Assembly (NCBI GenBank): GCA_964408805.1
Contig: CAYPAV010000022.1
Span: 17,227-81,226, forward strand
DNA length: 64,000 nt
Direction: 5' to 3'
Source of the DNA: an uncultured Rhodospirillaceae bacterium
GTDB lineage: Bacteria; Pseudomonadota; Alphaproteobacteria; UBA8366
The position numbers and the translations under genes were made by a program. This document shows, piece after piece, positions 29,995 to 40,021 of the stretch. Numbering within the stretch: position 1 is the first letter of the stretch; every line of letters starts with the position of its first letter. The notes beneath the pieces were generated by a model. That model was not told the DNA's origin. It was given only the letters and a program-made list of their open reading frames with translations, and ran no database searches.

Positions 29995-30623
29995 ATGGAT
30001 GTCGATCTACGCATTGCGGCTTTGGTAAGCGCCCGTCTGTGTCACGGTTTGGCGGCGCCTGTCGGCGCGGTTTCGAACGGTATCGAGATGGTGGAAGAAT
30101 TCGACGCGTCGATGCGTGACGAGGCGATGGCGCTTGCCCGCGTCAGCTCGGATGCGGCGGTCGACCAATTGAAATATTTTCGGATGGCCTATGGTTCGGC
30201 CGGTATCGATGGACTGCCCGATATCGCCGCCGTTCGCGAATTGGCGACGCCCGTGTTCGATAAGCAGAAATTGCAGCTCGATTGGGACAATTTCGGTCCG
30301 GCGGATTTGCCGGAAAATTTGGGGAAATTGATCCTGCTCATGATCGAACTGCTCGCGGAAACGATTCCCAGGGGCGGCACGATTGAAATTTGCAGCGAGG
30401 GGCCGAAACGGTCCGTATTACCGCTTCGGGGGCGGAGGCACGCGTGGATGCGCAAATTCGCGAGGCGATGGTGGTCGGTGCTTCGATCGATTCACTGACG
30501 CCGAGGACCGTGCACGCCTACCTGGTTGCGCGCCTAACCGACGAGTGCGGTGGACAGGTGTCGCTGGAATTGAAGGAAGATGGAACGGAACTCGTATTTA
30601 TCGGATCGGCGGATACCCAATGA
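29995..30623 (+). pseudogene. chpT: Histidine phosphotransferase ChpT, frameshifted
   Basis: ARLCH.LAAPVGAVSNG, FRMAYG, PRGG; the C-terminus (VRITASG..LTPRTVHAY) is in another frame; adding one G to the G4 run at 30399-30402 restores one ORF. Confidence 0.8.
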
Positions 30624-30650
30624 ATCGGCGGTTTAACTCGTTCATTTGCG

Positions 30651-30666
30651 TTTACGAGTCCTTAAC
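30651..30666 (+). promoter_or_regulatory. Possible CtrA box upstream of cheA
   Basis: TTTA-N7-TTAAC, one mismatch to TTAA-N7-TTAAC, about 90 bp before the cheA ATG. Confidence 0.4.
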
Positions 30667-30756
30667 GGTTTCGGACTAGTTTCGTTAACCAAGGCTGGGA
30701 ATAGATAGGCAAGCATCGCGCGGGCTTCGGCGCGCCTCAATATAGGAACACGGATC

Positions 30757-31212
30757 ATGGATGATCTACTGCAAGAATTCCTGACGGAAACCAATGAGAG
30801 TATGGAAACGCTCGATAACGAGATTATCACGCTCGAGCAGAATCCGAACGATCCGGAACTTCTGAGTAATATTTTCAGATTGGTTCATACGATCAAGGGC
30901 ACTTGCGGCTTTCTGGGCCTGCCACGTCTCGAGAGCGTGGCCCACGCGGCGGAAAACGTCCTTGGCAAGTTCCGTGACGGGGTTCTTGAAGTCACGCCGG
31001 AAGCCGTGACCTTGATTCTTGCCTCGCTCGACCGGATCAAGGATCTGCTCGGTGCGTTGGAAGAAACCGAGGCGGAGCCGGAAGGCGACGACGGGCCCTT
31101 GATCGCTCAATTGGATACGATGGCGGAGGGTGGCGGCGCGGAACCCGCGGAACAGCCGATCGCGGAGGCGGAGGTCGTCGAGGAAGAGGTGGCGCTCGAA
31201 GAAGGCGATGCC
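30757..31212 (+). pseudogene. cheA: CheA, truncated after the Hpt domain and linker
   Basis: MDDLLQEFLTE..IFRLVHTIKGTCGFLGL..HAAENVL; dimerisation, HATPase and CheW domains absent; ORF ends at 31248 in unrelated sequence. Confidence 0.9.
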
Positions 31213-31516
31213 AGACCAAATTCAATTGATCGAGCGTCTCGCTCGTAAGTCCGCCGAAACCATACGGCTCGACCAGTTTGTCGAGGTTCCAGCGATGCAG
31301 GACGTCAAGCTTGGTGAAAGGCAGCTCGCCGCTTCTGACCCGGTCCATCGCGGGTTGGTAGAGGGCGCGCCAATCGCGGGCGAAGCGATCCCAATCCGCG
31401 GCCGGTACGCCGTGTTCGGACGCAAATTCGGCGGCGAGCCGCGCGATGCTCCCGCGCCAATCGACGACGGTGCCGAAAACGTCGAATATCAGGGCCTTCA
31501 CGTCGGGTTCGGCCAT
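31201..31516 (-). pseudogene. Haloacid dehalogenase type II, 3'-truncated
   Basis: KALIFDVFGTVVDWR..WRALYQP..LDVLHR..LNLVWHRL, then runs into the antisense strand of cheA; about half the expected length. Confidence 0.85.
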
Positions 31517-31517
31517 T

Positions 31518-32432
31518 TTAGTCTTCCTCCAGAATTGCGAGGCCAATCCCGCTCGCACCGTATCCGTTGCCGTTATAGAGCATGTAGCGCCGGTCCCGAT
31601 GATCGAAAACGCAGGGGTAACAGGTCATCTCGCTGTCCCAGCCTTCCGGCGAGACCTTGATCCCCGCGAGATCGTCGCGCCGGCGCCAAGTGATGGCATC
31701 ATCCGATTCGGCGTAACCGATGCGGTAGGGGAAATCGGCGCCCCGGTAGCAATACCACATCCGCCAAAGGTCACCGTCCTTCAACACCGAAGGTCGGGCG
31801 ATGGCGAGTTCGCCGGGATGTGCGAAATCGACCGCGACATGGCCGTCGCGCTGCCAGCGAATCCCGTCCGGACTAACCGCATAGCGAAGGTTGTAGGTGG
31901 AAGCGGGGGGATCGTCCGGCAGCCAGTCGAGGCCCGAGAGATACCACATGTGCCAGCTTGCCCCCTCGCGCAGCACGCATTGGCTGGCGACGAAATAGGG
32001 GTCGGTCGGGCCCCGATCGAGGACGGGTCCGTCGGCGACGCGGACAAACGGCTCGTCCGCCGCCGCCTGGATGGCAAGGCCGATCGAATTTCGAAAGGGA
32101 ACACCGACCGCACGGTTCCAGCCGATGTAGTAGAGGTAACGCCGACCCTCCTGGCGCAGCAACCAGGTCGCCATCACACCATCGGCATCGAAGGCGCCGA
32201 GTTTTCCGGGAGATAGAACTGGTGACTTGGCCTCGGCGAGGATTTTGTCCGGCGCGTCGAGGTCGATTTCGAACCAGCCGACATGCGATCGGTTGTCGGC
32301 ATCGCGGGGCGTGCAGTAGATGCGGAAGAGATTCCCTTCGATATGGTCCACGACCGGTACGGCGGCATGGCTTTGGGTCCAAGGATGCCGGCCGTCTACA
32401 TTATAAATGCGGCCAAGCTTGCGCCACTGCAT
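31518..32432 (-). CDS. Five-bladed beta-propeller glycoside-hydrolase-like protein
   Basis: MQWRKLGRI, repeated blade motifs (YLYYIG, WHMWY, WRMWY, RYMLYNGNGYG), GAFDADG, DSEMTCYP. Confidence 0.7.
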   Translation of the reverse strand: MQWRKLGRIYNVDGRHPWTQSHAAVPVVDHIEGNLFRIYCTPRDADNRSHVGWFEIDLDAPDKILAEAKSPVLSPGKLGAFDADGVMATWLLRQEGRRYLYYIGWNRAVGVPFRNSIGLAIQAAADEPFVRVADGPVLDRGPTDPYFVASQCVLREGASWHMWYLSGLDWLPDDPPASTYNLRYAVSPDGIRWQRDGHVAVDFAHPGELAIARPSVLKDGDLWRMWYCYRGADFPYRIGYAESDDAITWRRRDDLAGIKVSPEGWDSEMTCYPCVFDHRDRRYMLYNGNGYGASGIGLAILEED

Positions 32433-33094
32433 CAGATCGACCGGAGCCGGTTGCTGGGTACCTTGGAGGGCGGGGTTGCCGTGCCCGGGAAGACGGTGCG
32501 TTCGGATGCGTTCTCCAGGATCAGGGCGCTCGCGCCAACCACGCAATGCGCACCGATCGAGACGTTGTCGCGGATCGTGGCGTTCACACCGACAAAGCAA
32601 TTGTCGCCGATCGATACCGATCCCGAGACGACGGCATGGCTGGCAATAAAGACGTTGTCGCCGATCGTCGTGTGATGGCCGATGTGATTACCGCTCCATA
32701 GGGTGGTGTTCTCGCCGATCCGGACATGGGGCTGGATGGTGTTGTGTTCCATCAGGAAAAGATTGTCCCGAGCCTCGAACCCCTTCCATACCCAGGCCCG
32801 GCTCGAAACATAATGGGCCAACCGGTAGCCCTTCGCCCGCGCGGCCGCTACCTTCGCCGCCCGATGGGCGTTGAGCGCGCCATAGCCCATCGCGATGAAG
32901 AGCGTGAAATCATCCGGCGGGAACGCCTGTTCAATCTCCTCGAAGGGCCGGACCGGCAGGCCGATAAGATCGTCGCCGTCGAGATAGTCGGCGTCGACCG
33001 TGAAGGCCGCCACATCGTATGGGCTGTCCTCGGAAAAGTAATAATGGGCAACTTCGGCGATCTGCCCGTTGCCGAATATAACGAGTCGGTCCAT
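32432..33094 (-). CDS. Sugar N/O-acetyltransferase (PglD/NeuD-like hexapeptide repeat)
   Basis: IFGNG N-terminal domain; hexapeptide repeats IGENT/IGHHTTIGDN/IGDNCFVG. Confidence 0.88.
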   Translation of the reverse strand: MDRLVIFGNGQIAEVAHYYFSEDSPYDVAAFTVDADYLDGDDLIGLPVRPFEEIEQAFPPDDFTLFIAMGYGALNAHRAAKVAAARAKGYRLAHYVSSRAWVWKGFEARDNLFLMEHNTIQPHVRIGENTTLWSGNHIGHHTTIGDNVFIASHAVVSGSVSIGDNCFVGVNATIRDNVSIGAHCVVGASALILENASERTVFPGTATPPSKVPSNRLRSI

Positions 33095-33198
33095 GACGCC
33101 ATCCACTCTAACGGTCGCGGGGTTCCCTCGCAAAGTTGGTGCCTGAATGCCGCGGGGGTCATCGACAGACCGGCCTTCCCGCCGCTAGACTGCGCGCC

Positions 33199-35277
33199 AT
33201 GTCGACGGCCCTCCAGCGGCTCGAAAGCGCGCTTGAACATCAACGCAGTGGCGATCATGCGGCGGCGCAATCCGTCTTGCGGGATCTGTTGCGCGAGGAA
33301 CCCGACAATGGGGACGGGCTGCATTTGATGGGGCTTTCCTTGCATGCCCTCGGCCGCGATGAGGAAGCCCTCGATTGGATCGCGCAAGCAATCGAACATC
33401 GAAATGACGAGCCGATATTTCTCTGCAATACCGGTATCGTGGCGCTTGGCCTCGGCGATTTGACACGTGCCGCGCGCTATCTGGAGCGCGCGATCGCCGC
33501 CGACCCTCTTTATGTCGACGCGTACAACAATCTCGCTCTTCTGCGTGAAAAGGAGGGTCAGTTGGAGGACGCGTTGGCGTTCTTGGAGAAAGCGACGGCG
33601 CTTCGTCCGGAATTCCCTGGCGCCCTTTCAAACATGGGCAATGTCCTGCGGGGGTTGGGTCGGATGTCGGATGCGATCGACGCCTATCTCCGTGCGCTCG
33701 AAATCGAACCCGGGTTGGCGGAGGCCCATAACGGCCTCGGAAATACCTATCAGTTGATGCGGGATTTCGAGGCGGCGCGGAGGAGTTTCGATCGGGCGAT
33801 CGGAATTCGCCCGGATTACGCGGAGCCTCATTTCAACCGAGCGATGACGCTTGCGGCGCAAGGCGATGCGGCCGGTGCGGTGGGAGGTATTGCGCGCGCC
33901 TTGGCGATTCGTCCCGAAGCACGGTTTCGCATCTCGTCGGCCGGCCTCTTGCCCGTCATTCCCGCGTCGCGCGCCGAGATCTCGAAATGGCGGGCGCGTT
34001 TCGCAGAGTCCTTCAGGTCGCTGAAAGCCGAAGGCCTCATGCTCGACGGCACGCCGCTGCATGCCCAAGCGATGAGTTTCTACCTTGCCTATCATGGCGA
34101 GAACGACCGACAAATGATGGAGATGCTCGCCGATTTCTATCTCTCGGCCTGTCCGGCACTGGCCGTGACGGCGCCCCATTGCGAGGTGACGGCCGAACCG
34201 CGGCGGGACGGCCCCGTTCGGGTTGGTATGCTGTCACGCTATTTCGGCGAACATGCGGTCGCCTGGATGATCGAGGGGCTTCTTGCCGCCTTACCGCGCG
34301 ATCGTTATCAGGTGCGCGCGCTGACTGTGTTGTCGACCGACATACCGGTCTCGAGGCGAATTGAGGCTGCGGTCGATGAAGTCGTTGCCCTGCCGTACGA
34401 TCTGGAAGGCGCCCGCCAGCGAATTTCGGAACTGGAGCTCGATATTCTGCTCTATGCGGATATCGGTATGGAGGCGTTCAGTTATTTTCTCGCATTTGCG
34501 CGATTGGCGCCGGTGCAATGCGTCATCTGGGGGCATCCGGATACAACCGGCATTCCCACGATCGACTACTATCTCAGCAACGACATCGCGGAACCGCCGG
34601 ATGCGGCGAATGCCTATAGCGAAAAGCTCGTGCGCCTCGATGGCGTGCAAAGCCGGTATCCCCAAGTCGCCAAGCCGTTCCCCTTGCCCGGGCGAGTGGA
34701 GCTCGGCCTGCCCGAAACAGGCACGATCTATCTCTGTCCGCAGAATTTGATCAAGATCCATCCGGATATGGACGAGTCGTTGGCGGCGATCCTCGATCGT
34801 GATCCGGCGGGTCGTCTGGTTATCTTTCATTCGCTCGATCCGAATTGGACAAGACTTCTGTTGGCGCGTTGGGCTCCCAAATTCGGTGAGGCGGTCAGGC
34901 GCGTCACGGTACTGGATTATATGGAATTCGATGGCTTTTTAGCTGTTCTCGCGAATGCCGATGTCGTTCTCGATACCTGGCCCTTCGGGGCCGGCAATAC
35001 GAACTACCAGACGTTTTCCATGGGGGTGCCGGTGGTGACGCTGCCCGGTCGTTATCTCAGGGGGCGGGGCACGCTGGCGCATTACCAGCATATGGGATTC
35101 GAGGATTGCATCGCTGATACGCCCGAGGACTATGCCGATATCGCGGTTCGTCTTGGAACCGACGCTGAGTGGCGCCGCGCGATCGGCCAGAAGATCCAAA
35201 CCCGCGCCGATGCCGTGCTCGACGATGCGGTCGCGGCACGCGCTTTCGTCGACTTCATGGGAAGTATCTCCGGATGA
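33199..35277 (+). CDS. TPR plus GT41-like glycosyltransferase
   Basis: TPRs (AYNNLA, ALSNMG, AHNGLG); FYLAYHG, YADIGM..ARLAPVQCVIWGHPDTTG, KIHP, LDTWPFG. Confidence 0.82.
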   Translation: MSTALQRLESALEHQRSGDHAAAQSVLRDLLREEPDNGDGLHLMGLSLHALGRDEEALDWIAQAIEHRNDEPIFLCNTGIVALGLGDLTRAARYLERAIAADPLYVDAYNNLALLREKEGQLEDALAFLEKATALRPEFPGALSNMGNVLRGLGRMSDAIDAYLRALEIEPGLAEAHNGLGNTYQLMRDFEAARRSFDRAIGIRPDYAEPHFNRAMTLAAQGDAAGAVGGIARALAIRPEARFRISSAGLLPVIPASRAEISKWRARFAESFRSLKAEGLMLDGTPLHAQAMSFYLAYHGENDRQMMEMLADFYLSACPALAVTAPHCEVTAEPRRDGPVRVGMLSRYFGEHAVAWMIEGLLAALPRDRYQVRALTVLSTDIPVSRRIEAAVDEVVALPYDLEGARQRISELELDILLYADIGMEAFSYFLAFARLAPVQCVIWGHPDTTGIPTIDYYLSNDIAEPPDAANAYSEKLVRLDGVQSRYPQVAKPFPLPGRVELGLPETGTIYLCPQNLIKIHPDMDESLAAILDRDPAGRLVIFHSLDPNWTRLLLARWAPKFGEAVRRVTVLDYMEFDGFLAVLANADVVLDTWPFGAGNTNYQTFSMGVPVVTLPGRYLRGRGTLAHYQHMGFEDCIADTPEDYADIAVRLGTDAEWRRAIGQKIQTRADAVLDDAVAARAFVDFMGSISG

Positions 35278-37445
35278 GCGACTCTAAGGATCGAGTCCGT
35301 GCCGCCAAGCACCTGCTGGAAGACGGCGATGCCAAGGGCGCCCTGGATACTCTTGGCGTGCTCGCCGACGGCGAGGCGACGGCGGCGATGCTGGCCGGCG
35401 TGGCGGCGGAGCGCCTTGAAGACCGGGCAGCCGCCATTCGTTATTTTTCACGAGCCGCGGCGCTTGATCCAACACGCGTCGAGGCGCCGCTCAATCTCGG
35501 CATTTGTCTCCGTGCCATGGGCCAAGACGAGATGGCGGCGGCGGCATTCGATCAAGCGCTAGAGATCGATCCCGGTCATGCCGCCGCGCGCTTCGCCCGG
35601 GCCAATCTCCATCTCGCCAGCGGTGATTGGGCCGAGGCCGCCGACACGTTCGAGATGATCTTGGCGGCCGAGCCGGACCACCTCGGCGCCGCCAATAATC
35701 TTGGTCTCGCGCGCCGGCAGCTTGGACAAATCAAGGCGGCCATCGCCGCCTTTGAAAGCGTGCTGGCGCGCGACTCCGGGAACGTCGATGCGGAGGTCAA
35801 TTTGGGGGCGCTGCGGGCCGAGGAGGGCAATTTCGATACGGCGATCGAGCACTATCGCCGAGTTCTCGAAATTGCGCCGGAACACGGCGAAGCCGCGAAT
35901 AATCTTGGTGTCGCCCTTCTCGACAAAGGTCGTGCCGGGGAAGCTGTGACGGTTCTGGAAGCCGCTGTGGCGGGTGGCGCGGCCGGACCCGAGACTCGTG
36001 CCAATCTGGGGAATGCGCTGGCTAAGATGGGCGATGTCGAGGGGGCCACCGCCGCCTATGACGCGGCATTGGCGCTTCGGCCGGATGCTGGCATTCGCGT
36101 CCGCAAGGCAATGCTGCTGCCGGTCGTGGTCGACTCCGCGGGCGATTATGACGCGGCGCGCCGAGACTTCGAGGCAGGGCTCGATAATTTATTGGCTTCG
36201 CCGCCTGAACTTTCCGATCCCTATGTCGAGGTCGGTGCGACGACGTTTAATCTCTCCTATCACGATGCCAGCAACCGCGATCTCATGAAGAAGATCGCGG
36301 TGTTTTATTGCGCGGCGTGTCCCGCTCTTCTCGAAACGGCACCCCATTGCTTGCCCAATGCTGAGCGTGCAAACGGAAAGGTTCGGATCGGTTTCGTCTC
36401 GCGCTATCTCCGGACCCATTCGATCGGCCGATGTTTCGAGGGCGTGATACGAAAGCCGGGGCGCGACGATGTCGGAATCACGGTCTTCACCTTCGATCCG
36501 CGTCCGGACCCGCTCTGGGATCGGATCGCGGCCGATGTCGACCGGACGGTATTGTTGCCGTCCAGGTTGGCCGAGGCCCGCCGCCTGATCGCGGCGGAGG
36601 CGCTCGACGTCTTGATCTATACCGATATCGGGATGGAGCCGCTGACCTATTTCCTCTCTTTCGCAAGGCTTGCACCGGTGCAATGCGTGACCTGGGGCCA
36701 TCCGGAATCCCCGGAGACGCCGGGGCTCGACTACTTTCTGAGCGGGGAGGCCATGGAGGGTGAGGAAGCACCCGCGCATTATGGCGAGCGGCTCGTTCAG
36801 CTGCCCGGGCCCCCACTTTTATATGACCGGCCAGCCGTTCCCGAAACGCTCAAGCCCCGTGCCGCCTTCGATCTTCCGGATTCGGGCGCGTTGTATTTTT
36901 GCGCCCAGACCTTGATCAAGGTCCATCCCGAGATGGATTCGCTATTCAGCGAAATTCTCACGCGCGATCGAACGGGAACGCTGGTGTTTCTGGAGGGGTA
37001 TGTGCCGGAACTCGCGGCGCGTCTTCGAGATCGGTTCGCCGCGACGATGCCCAAGCTGATCGATCGAATACGATTCCTGCCGGCCCTGAGCCACATGGAT
37101 TACATGAATGTCTTGGCCTTGGCGGATGTTTCGCTCGACACGCGTCCCTTCGGCGGCGGCAATACGAGTTGGCAGGCGATTGCCTGCGGAACGCCGGTCG
37201 TCACCTGGCCGAGCCCCTATTTGCGCGGCCGATTCGCGCTGGCGCTGTACCAATTGATGGGTCTCCATGACCTTATCGCGACGGATGGCGCGGAATTCGT
37301 CGACCTCGCGGTTCGGTACGGAATCGATCCCGATTTCCGAGACGCAACGAACCGGCGGGTCGCCGCCGGAGAGTCGCTCATCTTTGCCGATAGAGTCTCG
37401 GTCGATGCGTTCTATGACTTCGTGGTGAAAGCCGCCCGGAGCTAA
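35274..37445 (+). CDS. TPR plus GT41-like glycosyltransferase (tandem paralog)
   Basis: TPRs; YTDIGMEP..ARLAPVQCVTWGHP, KVHP, LDTRPFGGGNT; start overlaps the upstream stop (ATGA). Confidence 0.82.
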   Translation: MSDSKDRVRAAKHLLEDGDAKGALDTLGVLADGEATAAMLAGVAAERLEDRAAAIRYFSRAAALDPTRVEAPLNLGICLRAMGQDEMAAAAFDQALEIDPGHAAARFARANLHLASGDWAEAADTFEMILAAEPDHLGAANNLGLARRQLGQIKAAIAAFESVLARDSGNVDAEVNLGALRAEEGNFDTAIEHYRRVLEIAPEHGEAANNLGVALLDKGRAGEAVTVLEAAVAGGAAGPETRANLGNALAKMGDVEGATAAYDAALALRPDAGIRVRKAMLLPVVVDSAGDYDAARRDFEAGLDNLLASPPELSDPYVEVGATTFNLSYHDASNRDLMKKIAVFYCAACPALLETAPHCLPNAERANGKVRIGFVSRYLRTHSIGRCFEGVIRKPGRDDVGITVFTFDPRPDPLWDRIAADVDRTVLLPSRLAEARRLIAAEALDVLIYTDIGMEPLTYFLSFARLAPVQCVTWGHPESPETPGLDYFLSGEAMEGEEAPAHYGERLVQLPGPPLLYDRPAVPETLKPRAAFDLPDSGALYFCAQTLIKVHPEMDSLFSEILTRDRTGTLVFLEGYVPELAARLRDRFAATMPKLIDRIRFLPALSHMDYMNVLALADVSLDTRPFGGGNTSWQAIACGTPVVTWPSPYLRGRFALALYQLMGLHDLIATDGAEFVDLAVRYGIDPDFRDATNRRVAAGESLIFADRVSVDAFYDFVVKAARS

Positions 37446-38092
37446 GCCTGGGCGTGGATTTCCCGCGCGATTTGGTGCGCCGGTTCGGTGAGAAGTCGAT
37501 GCAGAATACTCCAACGGGATCCCCGCCACTCCTCGAAAAACGACAGCTCGATAGCGCGATGCCGAAACGCTTCCGGTTGATAGAGGCGGCGGCCGCCGGC
37601 GAGGTTTATATAGCGCGTGGCCTGAACCTGGCGGAGGACCTCTAGTACCCGGTCCTGGCCACTGAAGGTATCGGGTACCCGCAAAGTGCTGGTTCGCAGG
37701 ATATTGACGGGCAATCGGAGCTCTTGGCAAACAAGGCCGAGGAGCCGGGTCAAATAATCGACGACGTCGCCTTCGGGCGCCAGCATGGTATCGAAGATGG
37801 GATGGCTGGCTTCGCGGAGGCTGGGAATGCCACGGCATCGATTGGCCAGCGCCGTCTCGGCCGAGGGCGCAAAGGCGAGATCGTCGATTCTGATCGCCAT
37901 CGGCCGCTTCGCCAACGGCAAGGTGAGCCATTTGGCGGCGCCGGTATAGCCCGGAAGCTGGTTGCGATGGACCCAGCCTCGGCGCGGAAACTGCACGCAG
38001 TCGAACAGGCAGACGAGATCGGCTTCCGCGAATAGGCGGAAATAACCCGCATAGGGCAGAAAATACGGCTGCATGACGGCGACGGTCGTCAT
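37442..38092 (-). CDS. WbqC family protein
   Basis: VMQPYFLPYAGYF..DCVQF..GWVHRN..WLTLP..YINLAGG..LY. Confidence 0.88.
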   Translation of the reverse strand: MTTVAVMQPYFLPYAGYFRLFAEADLVCLFDCVQFPRRGWVHRNQLPGYTGAAKWLTLPLAKRPMAIRIDDLAFAPSAETALANRCRGIPSLREASHPIFDTMLAPEGDVVDYLTRLLGLVCQELRLPVNILRTSTLRVPDTFSGQDRVLEVLRQVQATRYINLAGGRRLYQPEAFRHRAIELSFFEEWRGSRWSILHRLLTEPAHQIAREIHAQA

Positions 38093-38213
38093 TGGATTGT
38101 CCGATGGTGAATTATCTCGCGGTGTGAAGTTTAGCGCCTGCAGGCCGAAGAACCCAACCGTTCCACCGCTTCGCGTATTGACCTCCAGCTTCCCGCGCGG
38201 GAGGCTTCCGATT

Positions 38214-39989
38214 ATGTCGGCTGTCGTTCAAGACCTCATGCGCCGCGCTTTGGCGCTCCATCAAGCTGGCGAATATGTCGCCGCAAAAAAGCTATACCGG
38301 GATGTCGTGGCGCTTGATCCGAATCTCGGAGATGCATGGAACCTGTTGGGGTTGGTGGCACGCGAGGAAGGGGATGGTGCCGCTGCGGCACGGCATATAG
38401 AGCGTGCGATCGAAATCTCGCCGGATTTCGCCGACTACCATGTGAATTTGGCGGTTGTGTTGCAGACGCTTGGGCAGAGGGACCGGGCCGCCGAGGCCTG
38501 TCGACGGGCGATCGCCCTTGATCCCGAACTACCGGAAGCCCATTACAATTTGGCGACCACCTATCTCGCCCAAGGACGCTCGGACGAGGCCTTGGCCGGT
38601 TTCCGGGAGGCGGTGCAATTTCGCGCCGATTATCCCGAGGCGAACAACAATATCGGCCATATCCTCTTGGAACGAGGAGATGCAGCAGCGGCGTTGCCCT
38701 ATTTCGAGCGTGCCGCCGAGGAGCGGTTTGCGCCGGCGCTCTCGAACATTTGTGGTGCGTTATCCACGTTGGAACGACATGACGCGGCGATCGAAGCCGG
38801 TCGCGATGCCGTTGCCGCCGCGCCGGAAGATCCGGCGGCATTTTACAACCTGGCCAACGCGTATAATGCGGCTGGTGATCCCGATACTGCCATCGAGTTG
38901 TACGAGACGGCCGTGACACTCGCGCCGGGTCATGTCGACGCGTGGTGCAATCTCGGTGTTGCTCAGCTTGCGAGGAATGCGCCCGCGGACGCCCTTCGCG
39001 CACTCGATCGGGCGCTCGCCATCGATCCCGATATACCCGATGCGAACTGGAACAAGGCGATGGTGCTTCTCCTGGTAGAGCGCTATGCCGAGGGATGGCA
39101 ATTGTATGAATGGCGCTGGCGGGCGGTCGAATGGTTGGAGCGCCGATCCTTCGATGCGCCCGAATGGCGCGGCGAACCGCTCGATGGTCGCACCATCCTT
39201 ATCCATACTGAGCAAGGCTATGGCGACACGCTTCAGTTCGTTCGGCTGCTGACCCGGGTGGCGTCAGCCGGCGGGCGTATCATTCTTGCCTGTCAACCGC
39301 CCTTGAAACGGCTGCTGGGCGCGCTGCCCGCTGTCGCTGAGACCATCGGCTACGGCGAACCGGTTCCTCCTTTCGACTGTCATCTGCCGATCATGAGCCT
39401 GCCGCTGGTGCTCGGTCTGGACCAGCCGCCGGAGTCGCGGCCCTATCTGATGGCGCCAGCGCCAAGAAAGGACCGTCGTCTCGATGGCGACCAACCGAGG
39501 ATCGGGTTCGTCTGGCGTGGTAGCCGGATCAACAAGCGCGGCATGTTCAGATCGTCCGCGCTCGCGGATTTCGCCCCTCTGGCTGCCCTCGCGGGGGCCA
39601 GATTCTTTAGCTTGCAGATCGATGCCGATGCGATCGAGAAAGCCGAATTGGCGCGTCTGAATGTGACTGATTTGAGCGGGGATCTGGCTGATTTCGCCGA
39701 TACGGCCGAATTCGTGGCACGGTTGGATCTCGTCGTTACCATCGACACGGCGATGGCGCATCTGGCGGGCGGCCTCGAAGTTCCGGTATGGGTTCTGTTG
39801 TCGTTTGCCGCCGATTGGCGCTGGCAACTGGACCGGGTCGATTCGCCCTGGTATCCGGCGATGCGCCTCTATCGGCAATCCGGGAGGGGCGATTGAGGCG
39901 AACTGGTGAGCCGCGTCGCGGTTGATCTGGCCGCGTTTATCGCGGCGCGCGGGAATGCTTCGGTGACAGACGGGTCCTTGCCGGACTAG
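38214..39989 (+). pseudogene. TPR plus GT9-like (GT-B) protein with an in-frame TGA near the C-terminus
   Basis: TPRs, EQGYGDTLQF, DLVVTIDTAMAHLAGG, SPWYP.MRLYRQ..GD*; TGA at 39894-39896 replaces the Trp of GDW (present in paralog 48846-50744); frame continues to TAG at 39989. Confidence 0.75.
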
Positions 39990-40021
39990 GCTGTCCCCGA
40001 AGACCTTTGGAACAGGGTGAC

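Noticed and set aside
39894-39896. In-frame TGA as selenocysteine or as genetic-code reassignment
   Set aside because: The position corresponds to Trp, not Cys, in the paralog; TGA is a normal stop for many genes here and Trp is encoded by TGG elsewhere
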